Both the position numbers and the translations under genes were made by a program. From Octopus sinensis (taxonomy: Eukaryota), in assembly GCF_006345805.1 (NCBI RefSeq), contig NC_042999.1, positions 7,564,001 to 7,628,000 of the forward strand: 64,000 nucleotides of DNA, given 5' to 3'. Position 1 is the first letter of the stretch, and each line of letters opens with the position of its first letter. The notes below the pieces were generated by a model. That model searched no databases, had not been told where the DNA came from, and saw only the letters and a list, made by a program, of their open reading frames with translations. This document shows, piece by piece, positions 54,721 through 64,000 of the stretch.

Positions 54721-55171
54721 AAAGAGATAGAAAACATGGCGTGAGATAAACAGCTGCATCATAAATGCTATTACGTGTATGTTATATGACATATGTTATT
54801 ATAAGTACATTATATAACGTAACATCGTGACAGGTGTATTGCATAACATGTATTCTAACAAACATATATAACAAATTATTGTGCCACGTATGTTACATAA
54901 CATATATTATTATGGCATTTGTAGTATATAATATATTTAAGTGACGTATAGTACGTATCACTATCACTTGTGTTATATGATGTATTAGTATGCAATATGT
55001 ATTATATAACATGTATTACTACGACATCCATCTATATTATATAACAAATATTAGCATGTTGCTGTAATTTAGCCCCAGGAGACATCGTCTCCAGCTGGCT
55101 ATACGACACGATCTGTATCATTATATTTTGGAGCAAGGGAATCTAGCACCCCGACTCAGCTCAAAACAATA

Positions 55172-55216
55172 TCTGTATATCGCGATTTCCGGGTTATTTC
55201 CCTTCATCAGCACAGA
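55172..55216 (-). ncRNA. Type I hammerhead motif with canonical CUGAUGA core (family F), inside a repeat at about 55065-55260
   Basis: TCTGTG-CTGATGA-AGGG AAATAA CCCG-GAAAT-CGCG-AT-A-TACAGA; helix I 6 of 6 pairs; helix III palindrome ATCGCGAT. Confidence 0.8.
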
Positions 55217-55339
55217 ATAATTGTTCGACTAGAGGTGGCGCTGCCAAATTCCTGTTCGAAATATACACCAAAGTACTTTTGCTGAATATCTCTCGTTGTG
55301 AGATTTAAAAATAGTAATTTTCTAAAGTATTAATATGTT

Positions 55340-55520
55340 ATGCGGAAGCGCATAGCTTAGTTGTTAGGGTGTTGGACTCATGATCGTAAGATTGCTGTTT
55401 CGATTCCTTAACCGAGCGATGCGTTGTTTTCTTGAGCAAAACACTTTATTTTACGTCACTTCAGTCTACTCATCTGGTAAAAATTAGCAACCCGACGACG
55501 AACCGGGGTCCCATATAGCG
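55340..55520 (+). mobile_element. Decayed SINE S4
   Basis: gcgcatagcttagttgttagggtgttggactcatgatcgtaagattg...cttgagcaaaacact. Confidence 0.75.
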
Positions 55521-57099
55521 AGGAAACCAGCCTAATGATAATTAAGGAGTAATGTAGACCAACCATTATTCTACCATATATATTTTGCCGTATATATATT
55601 ATATACCATATTAATATGATGTGTATTTTATATAAAAATATTATTACGCTGCGAATTGGTAGAGTCATTAGATTCGAGCGAAATACCTTGCGGTATTTAT
55701 TACGTCAATTTTACTTCTGATTTCACCGAAAGGAATTTCGAATTTCATCCGAGATCGATAGATAAAACTCCAGCCTGGAAAACCCTAGGGTGCCGTGTTG
55801 AGTGAAACGTTAGAAACTCGGGAGAAATCTCTTATTGCGGTATTTGTTTCAGGATTTTGCGTTCTGTATTCAAATCTTGCTGTGATATACTTGATCAACC
55901 TCTCTGCGGAATACTGCCATCTTGTTGTCGAGGGCCTTTAGCCGATTCCACTCCGTTGTTAGAGTTCAAAGCAGGTTTCTTGTTATAGGGCCTGTAAGTC
56001 CAATAAGCACTTCTCTTCTCTCAGGACTATAAGATGAAAATGAAAAAATGCTGTCTCTAGGAAGTAAAAAATGTCAACCACAGAGATTGGTATATCTACA
56101 AACATTTAATGGAGAAGTAGTAAATACTGATATCAAATAATATAATTCTCAGATGTATGAATATTAAAAAACGCATTGCAATCAACTAAGTTGATAGGAA
56201 CCATTTCAAACATAGTTCATTTGGTGATCATGCATATATTTAGCGAAATTCTAACTACAGATGATAATTACCTCACTAAAATATATTGTGTAACTGTAAG
56301 AACAAACTTCTTTGCCTAAGTCTCAGTTCAAAGATAGGAAACAAGATTATTATTATTTAGGAATACTACCAAGATTAGAAATATGATAATAATATCTCAT
56401 TTTAAAGGATTCTCAGCAAATAGAGTGTAATATTTTTTTGGTTTGGCTATCACAGAATGTTTTCTGCACAGAATCCTAGAATTAATAGAAAAAAGTGAAA
56501 ATAGTGAAGTGATTCTGTAGTAAATTAATTCCTGGTAATCCTCACTAGTTCCTATCTTGCATACTTTCGATGCGAATCCTATAAAAGTTGTTGGAAAATA
56601 TTGAAGTGAAATTGTAGCAGCGGTGGTCGTAGGAAAGACGGAAATATTAAATGGTAATATCTGGCGATATTCGATGGATTTTTCCAAATTCAAATTGCTA
56701 TTTTTGGTTGTAATTATGTTTCTGCCGAGATCCTTAATTAGTTTTTATTGTGTCCATATTAGTATAATGCAAATAATGTTGGTGGATACTAAGATCAATA
56801 ATTATAAAATGAATAGAAAAACGGAGAACTGTACACAGCCAGTTATCATATTTATGGCCATTAAAAATAAATTCATAAAATGTATTTTTCTATTTCATAA
56901 AGTATGCAATGGGTGCAAGCATGGTTATTCGGTTAAAACTTTTGATTTGCAACTTGTGGCTCCGAGATGAGTGCCACTATGTGGCACTTGAGTAAATTTC
57001 TCCTGCTATTGCCTCGAGGCTACAGAAGGATTGTGAGTAATATTTGGCAATTGGAGTCTGTTCAGGAGCTCGTTATATACACCGCTCATGCGTCTTTTA

Positions 57100-57363
57100 T
57101 CTATTACTTGCTTTAGTCATTAGACTACGGCCATGATGGGGCACCATCCTGAATAACTCTTTAGTCGAATGAATCGAACCCCGGTACTTATCTATAATCT
57201 TTTAAGCTTGGTATTTATACTGTCTGTGTCTTTTGCCGAACCGCTAAGCTACAGGAACATAAACACTCGAGAACATCGGTTGTGAGGCGGTGGTGGTGGG
57301 GACAAACACAGATACAACGACACACATACATTCATACATACATACATACACATACATACATAT

Positions 57364-57394
<31 letters not shown>

Positions 57395-57890
57395 CATACA
57401 TACATACATACATACATACATACAAACTCACAGTCTTGTTTCAGTTTCCGTCAACCATATCTACTCACACGGCTTTGGTTGGGCCGAGGCTGTAGTAAGC
57501 ATCGTAGCTGTGTGGTATGAAGCTTCCTTCCCAACCACGTGGTTCCAGGTTCAATTCTACTGCGAGGAATTTCCCCGCCGCTGTAGCCTCCAGCCTAGAA
57601 ATCCCTTATGAGAGTATCTGGTAGACGGAAACTGAAAGAATCCATTCGTATATACATGCATACATGTGTGCGTGTGTGGCTCTTTATACCCGTATTTGTG
57701 TCCCACCTCCGCCTGTTAAACGGTGTTGGTGTGTTTGCGTCTCCATAACATAGCAGTTTGACAAAAGTGGCCGATAGAATAACTATCAGGCTTTAAAAAA
57801 ATAAGTACTATTTGTGATTTAGTCGACTAAAGACCCTTCAAGGTGTTGCTCCAGCATGGCAGTAGACTAAAAACTGAAATAAGCAAAATT
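57100..57890. mobile_element. Head-to-head pair of old S1-like SINEs (left minus and 5'-truncated, right plus)
   Basis: Orientation switches near 57500. Confidence 0.75.
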
Positions 57891-58057
57891 GACAGGATCC
57901 AAATGAGCTCAACGTTTAAATTGTACGAGAAATTTAAAAGTAAATTTTTAAAAATAAGGAAAGAGACGAATAGAGCAAAATGTAGAGGGAATAATGTTGG
58001 AAATATATATATTATGCAAGCTGTAAATATAAAATTATGTAACGATATTTTTTTTGT

Positions 58058-58344
58058 CGCCCTTTTCAAGCCGAGCCAGGCTCATGGGCCCGGTTTCCCG
58101 GTTTCTGTGGCGTATGTGTTCCCCCCAGCTGGACAGGACGCCAGTCGATCGCAGCGTTACCCAAGAAACAGGAAGAGAGAGTATGAGAAAGTTGCAGCGA
58201 AAGAGTACAACAGGGGTCGCCACCACCCCCTGCCGGAACCTCGTGGAGCTTTTAGGTGTTTTGGCTCGATAAATACACACAACGCCCGGTCTGGGAATCG
58301 AAACCGCGAGTCCGCTGCCCTAACCATTGGGCCATTGCGCTTCC
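58058..58344 (-). mobile_element. SINE S2 head and body with the S4 tail (tail type 4)
   Basis: Junction cttcctgtttctt|gggtaacgctgcgatcgactggcgtcc on minus strand. Confidence 0.85.
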
Positions 58345-58522
58345 TATATAACGATATACAAAGACTAAAAACCTTGGCGTTCCAGTGGAGTAAAATGTAG
58401 GCCAAGATTTGACTGCTCCTGGATGATTATATTAAGATCCGAAGAGAGATATTGTTGTATAGCCAATTGTTATGGCGATACTTGTTTACACTATAACTGT
58501 GTAGTAACAATAGAATATATAG

Positions 58523-58900
58523 CATTCCGCTGCGGTCGACTTTGCTTTTCGTCCTTCCGGGATCGATAAATTAGGTGCCAGTTGCGTACTGGGGTCGATC
58601 TAATTGACTGGCACCCTCCCCAAAAATTTCTGGCCTTGTCACTAGAGCAGAAACGAATAAAATATATATATTTCTTTACTACCCACAAGGAGCTAAACAG
58701 AGAGGGGACAAACAAGGACAGACAAACGATTAAGTCGATTACATCGACCCCAGTGCGTAACTGGTACTTAATTTATCGATCCCGAAAAGATGAAAGGCAA
58801 AGTCGACCTCGGCGGAATTTGAACCCAGAACGTAACGGCAGACGAAATACCTTTAAGCATTTCGCCCGGTGTGCTGACGTTTTTGCCAGCTCACTGCCTT
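58523..58900. mobile_element. Tail-to-tail S3-type SINEs (plus 58523-58655, minus 58670-58900)
   Basis: Shared ggtcgactttgc...ctggggtcgat core in opposite orientations. Confidence 0.85.
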
Positions 58901-59538
58901 AACGAATAAAACATATAACGAAGCAGGGTAACAACAACATAACAATCGAACCAACAAATGATATTCCGGCAAACTGCCAAAACGACATCTGACGACTTCC
59001 TGCGATTAACGCATACTACTACCTCCTGTCTCTCACTCAGACCGATAGAATTTTTTGTCGTTCGGCCAAGTCTATTCTGGCAGAGGGGTGTTGTGACTCT
59101 CGTCACAACAGATAGAAAAAGGTGAGAAAGCGGAAGTAGATCGGTGTACAGGTAAATACTTAATTAAGACAATTGGAGTATATAAATTTCTCTTGAGAGG
59201 TAAATGATTTAAAGACATGATGGCGTGATAAGTTTAGCATGAAGCTGTTTGTGAAGAAGGTCGCCTTTCTTTCGCAAGATTTCAAGAGACACTGAGCTAC
59301 TAATATGGCAAGATGTGCCGCCATCTTGGTTGGATCGGGCAGGTGTAATAAGACACCAAGAAATATTATAAAAGCATGTTATTAGTTTCCATAGGGTGGA
59401 TGCAGTTTGCTAATGAGGTGGATAATGTACGTTGAATACTAGCGCTAATCTAGTGGTTATCTATTCAACGCTATAGTTGGCGTTTCCTCATCCATTCTGT
59501 GTATACAAACACCCATACTTACACACATACATACGTGT

Positions 59539-59610
<72 letters not shown>

Positions 59611-59644
59611 ACATATATATCGTCTATTTCTTTCTCTCTCCCTG

Positions 59645-59678
<34 letters not shown>

Positions 59679-59915
59679 AATATATCTGTTTCTCTCTCTC
59701 TCTCTCTCTCTCTCTGGACAATAGTGGGTAACCCATAGAAAATGTCTATTTCAAGACATCATTGTTGTCACTGATATAAATAATAAAAAAGATGTGGACA
59801 CAATACAGTGCCTTGTGGGACTCCACTGACAACTCTTGTCGAGCTTGATCGAACATTATCTATCACCACATTTTGGGTTCTTTTCACCTGAAAACATCCA
59901 AATTACTTAAATATA

Positions 59916-59998
<83 letters not shown>

Positions 59999-60654
59999 AT
60001 GTATGTATGTGTTTATGTGCATATTTTGCACCTTGTAAGATTCTTCCTTAGAAATCTAGAAATCCAGTGTACCAGTAATTAACAGTTGAAAATATATATG
60101 CCGAACGAGGCAGTTCTTTATCAATCGCAATATAAAACATATAAATGAAATGATATATTTTGGCTTTTAGGCGAGAGAAGATTAAAATCAGATACCACAT
60201 TAATAATTCAAAAGTATCGTTGCTTTTGTAAGTTTTTCGTCGAAATTAATTGAATTTATGAATGTCTTCAGCGCCGTACATTATTTGACATTCTTCATAT
60301 CATTGAATAGATTTGATATGTTCAAAAGCGTTAACGATACAGACTCTTGTAAAGTGGGAAAATAAAAATACACTAGACGCGTGAATGCGGAAATGAATCA
60401 ACAGAATAATAATTTGATTATAAATAATTAAAAAATACGTCACTTCCTGTCTGAATTGATTAGCTATTCACTAAAGAGATGTACAATCAGTTACAAGACT
60501 TGCCTGAATGACAATCTAGAGTGACATGTTCTGTTGAAAAGAATGGCGATTTCATATTCTTCTCCGGGTTTTATGTATTGGACAAGTGTTGCCTCATTTT
60601 CAATCCACATCAGACCAACACACATAGTTGAATATAATATTAATCGGAAACTTC

Positions 60655-60898
60655 TGGGAAGCTGCGACGATTTCATCTCAATCGAAGGAGAGGAGCTTTC
60701 TCCGTCCGGGTTGCGGATCCGTGGAACAAGCTGCCAGACGAGATGGTGAAGATGCCGACGACCGCTTTGTTCAAAGCCTCCCTGGACCTCAAGTGGCCTG
60801 AACTCTTTACATGAACACCACCCTGTACTTAACTCCATGTCCCCCTACATGGCCTTGCTATTTGCTTTTGAGCCAAATTAACTAACTAACTAACTAAC
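60655..60898 (+). mobile_element. CR1-clade LINE 3' end with (TAAC)n tail
   Basis: RRFHLNRRRGAFSVRVADPWNKLPDEMV...FKASLDLKW. Confidence 0.9.
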
Positions 60899-61845
60899 AC
60901 TAGCGTTCTAGCCAGGTGTGTGTGTTCACGTTTTGTATAGTTAAGGACCATGTCTACGACAGACTATATTTAGGGAGTAAACTGGTAAAGCAAAAAACTA
61001 GATATGGTGTAGCAAAACAAGGACTAATTGACTTTCGGTATTTATTTCCGTCCATCTACATTCTGAGGTCAGAACCCACTGGTATCCAGTTTGTATTTGA
61101 CTTCTCTAGATTTGATATAAATACCAAAGAAACTAGGTCGATACGTTCTACTTCACTTACAAATCTAATGACGTGTGGGACCTTTATGCACAATGTCTTC
61201 ATCACTGAAATACATATATTGTTTTTATGCTGAAGGGAAATGGATTTCCCGACTCCAGAAGCTATATTTAACTCTGGTCACTTTCCTTCGAATCTATCCC
61301 TCTTACCAAGCTATATATCACAGACAGGTGCTTGCATTTAATTGCCAAAAGCTAATGAAACATACAGAAACTGCAAAAACTGCACATTTCACAATGGCCC
61401 ACTTACACGGACAAACAACTTTTATATTTTGCCAGATTTGAAATAAACCTAATAATTCTCTGGTTATTACTCAGATGGCAGTTGTTGCCTCCTCCTTGAC
61501 TAGTAATTCCAAGAATTATCTATTTCAACACGTTCCCTCAAAGAAATCTCGGATAAAACTATGACAGGGACCAACCTTTATTCTATGTTCTCTTCAACCA
61601 TTGAGGCTGCAAGAGCACCATTGATCATTTTGCTTTCTTTTTTCTTATTTAGTGGAATCCATCTTGGGAGGAACGATTCACTCCCAACAGTTATTTCAGA
61701 AGAGCACTGCTAAGAAATTAGATAGTCACCAATGTTGTTCTTTCTTTCAATAAAGCAACGCTACAACTTTGCACACAGAAAGCTATCGTACTGCCTTACA
61801 GCCTTAGCAATATCCAGCGAACTTGATTCCGGACCGTTTTAGTGT

Positions 61846-62008
61846 TCATTATTTACATTATTTACATTCGATGGATATTTGTCCCCATCTTATTTGTTAT
61901 TAACAAAACGTTTCGGCTGATGTACTCTCCAGCCTTCATCAGGTGTCTTACGGAAATTTCGAACCTGGTTTCTCATTCCTAAAGTATTTTTCAATGTTGT
62001 TGTTGTTG

Positions 62009-62044
<36 letters not shown>

Positions 62045-62088
62045 TCATTGCTTGGAATCGAACTCGGAATCTTGGGGTTCGTAGCTCG
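61846..62088 (-). mobile_element. Family A hammerhead-SINE, 5'-truncated; hammerhead at 61902-61947
   Basis: GACAC-CTGATGA-A-GGCTG GAGAGTACAT CAGCC-GAAAC-GTT-TTGTT; partial tRNA-like head with anticodon loop CTACGAA. Confidence 0.87.
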
Positions 62089-62089
62089 T

Positions 62090-62175
62090 GGGCATATGGC
62101 ATAATGGTTAAAAGTGCGGGCTACTAACCCTAAGATTCTGAGATCGATTCCAGGCAACTGATCTGAATAATAATA

Positions 62176-62208
<33 letters not shown>

Positions 62209-62392
62209 TCGAAAAATACCTTAGAAATGAGAACCCATGTTCGAAATTCCCTCAGGACACCTGATGAAGGCTGGAGAGTATATCAGCTGAAATGTTGTGT
62301 TAACAACAGAGAAGATGAGGACAAATATCCGTCAAATGTAAATAGTGTAAATGATGTACATAATTCCTCGTCTCTTAAATATAGAACTGTAT
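62090..62392 (+). mobile_element. Family A hammerhead-SINE: tRNA-Arg-like head, (AAT)n spacer, 3' module with hammerhead at 62256-62301
   Basis: A-box-like TGGCATAATGG, B-box-like GATCGATTCC; GACAC-CTGATGA-A-GGCTG..CAGCT-GAAAT-GTT-GTGTT. Confidence 0.87.
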
Positions 62393-62574
62393 CACTTCAA
62401 TGTTGTCTTAGAGAAAATTAATCTCCGGAGTTAGAGGTCGAACTGCAAACATCACAGTTTGTTATGCTAAGTGCAATCGACAAAACTACGCGCGTTTTTC
62501 ACACGTCTTATCATTAATCAAAATTTAACTAAGTAGCTGTAAATTGATACTAGAATCGAAGACAAACAAGATGC

Positions 62575-62972
62575 CCGTGGCTGTGTGGTAAGAAGTTTGC
62601 TTCCCAACCACACGGTTCTGGTTTCAGTCCCACTTCGTGGTACCTGGGACAAGTGTCTTCTACTCTAGCCTTAGGCTGGTGGCCAAGACGTGAACGGATT
62701 TGCTAGACGGAAACTGAAAGAAGCTAATCGTGTGTGTGTACATGAGTGCGTATATTTGTCCCCGACCACCGCTTGATTACCGGTGTCGGTGTGTTTACGT
62801 CCCCGTAACTTAGCGGTTCGGCAACAAAAGCCGATAGTGCAAGCGCCAGGCTTAAATGAAATAAGAATTGTGGTCGATGAATGCATTCGTCTAAAATTTT
62901 TCAAAGCGGTCCCCCAGCATGGCCGCAATCTCACTGAAACAAATAAAGGATGGAAGATAACAGATAAAAGAT
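62575..62972 (+). mobile_element. Old S1-like SINE
   Basis: gtggctgtgtggtaag head through ccagcatggccgca tail. Confidence 0.82.
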
Positions 62973-63560
62973 AGGAACTCTTGTGATTATAACTCTTGGA
63001 GAATTATCCAATCCCATCTTTCAACTATAATTATCCTAAAGTAAAAATCAGCAAATGTCTGTTTTCTTTAGGAACTAAATTATAACAAATAGCGACGCAA
63101 TAGATTTTAGGTTAGCAATTAAAAGCCGATAGCGAAATAAGCCATTAAGAGTAATTTCTAGAAATGTAGATATGTTTAATAGTTCTTCTTCTTCACTAAT
63201 ATTGAACATTTTAATCAGTTTCCGAAAGGTCTGAGGTATTTAACTTATTAAGGTCAATACGCGAAATGTATTACATATTTGGCAACCTGCAGGCACTACG
63301 TCACTCCCACACACAGATTGTGCGTAGAGGCCCACTCGTATGTATGTGTCCATGTATGCATCGTCATATATGTGTGTATGTGTGTATGTTTCTATGCGTA
63401 TGTGTGTGTGTGTGTGTGTATTTGTAAAGTTGAGTTAATCAAAACTAAATGCATTTTAATAATATCAATAAATATAAACGCATATGAGATTGCGTAATAG
63501 CGAACATATATTATTTGAACTTTAATTAACATACAAGCGCATATCAATATGTATGTATAT

Positions 63561-64000
63561 GGAGGCGCAGTGGCCCAGTGGTTAGGGCAGCGGACTCGCG
63601 GTCGTCGGATCGCGGTTTCGATTCCCAGACCGGGCATTGTGAGTGTTTATTGAACAAAAACACCTAAAGCTCTACGAGGCTCCGGCAGTGGGTGGTGACA
63701 AACCCTGCTGAACTGTTTCACCACACCTTTCTCTCATTATTTCTTCCTGTTTCTGTTGTACCTGTATTTCAAAGGGGCCAGCCTTGTCACAGTCAGTGTC
63801 ACGCGGAATCTCCCCGAGAAATATGTTACGGGTACACGTGTCTGTGGAGTCTCAGCCACTCGCACGTTAAATAAGTTGTGATATCAGAGGTGCCAAGCTT
63901 TGGCCTTCCTTGGATAACATCGGTGGCGTGAAGAGGGGAGGCTGTTATGCATGGGGAATTACTGGTCTTCCATAAACAACATTGCCCGGACTTGTGCCTT
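63561..64000 (+). mobile_element. SINE S2 with tail type 2, running off the window
   Basis: Same head and tail order as 45000-45522. Confidence 0.88.

Noticed and set aside
62090-62165. Functional tRNA gene
   Set aside because: Acceptor and D stems do not pair and it is fused to a repeat body, so it is a SINE head

Overview
AT-rich, repeat-saturated eukaryotic DNA. The SINE families and microsatellite load point to an octopus (cephalopod) genome; this is inference from recalled repeat sequences, not a search. No intact host gene can be supported, and most of the ORF track is translated (TA)n/(CATA)n/(CA)n microsatellite. The window holds about 30 tRNA-headed SINE copies (my labels S1-S4), decayed LINE fragments (RTE, CR1, and three restriction-like-endonuclease elements), two Helitron RepHel fragments, three non-autonomous Helitrons, and a 2-kb ORF1-only Tx1/L1-like element inserted into a SINE head. 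The most striking signal is RNA structure: 11 copies of minimal type I hammerhead ribozyme motifs in six short non-coding repeat families (A-F), most with palindromic helix III, several with the inverted-repeat layout typical of Penelope-like elements, and some with non-canonical cores. Family A is a tRNA-Arg-like-headed SINE whose 3' module is a hammerhead, a candidate ribozyme-terminated SINE that may be mobilised by Penelope-type machinery. All folds were done by eye and catalytic activity is untested.
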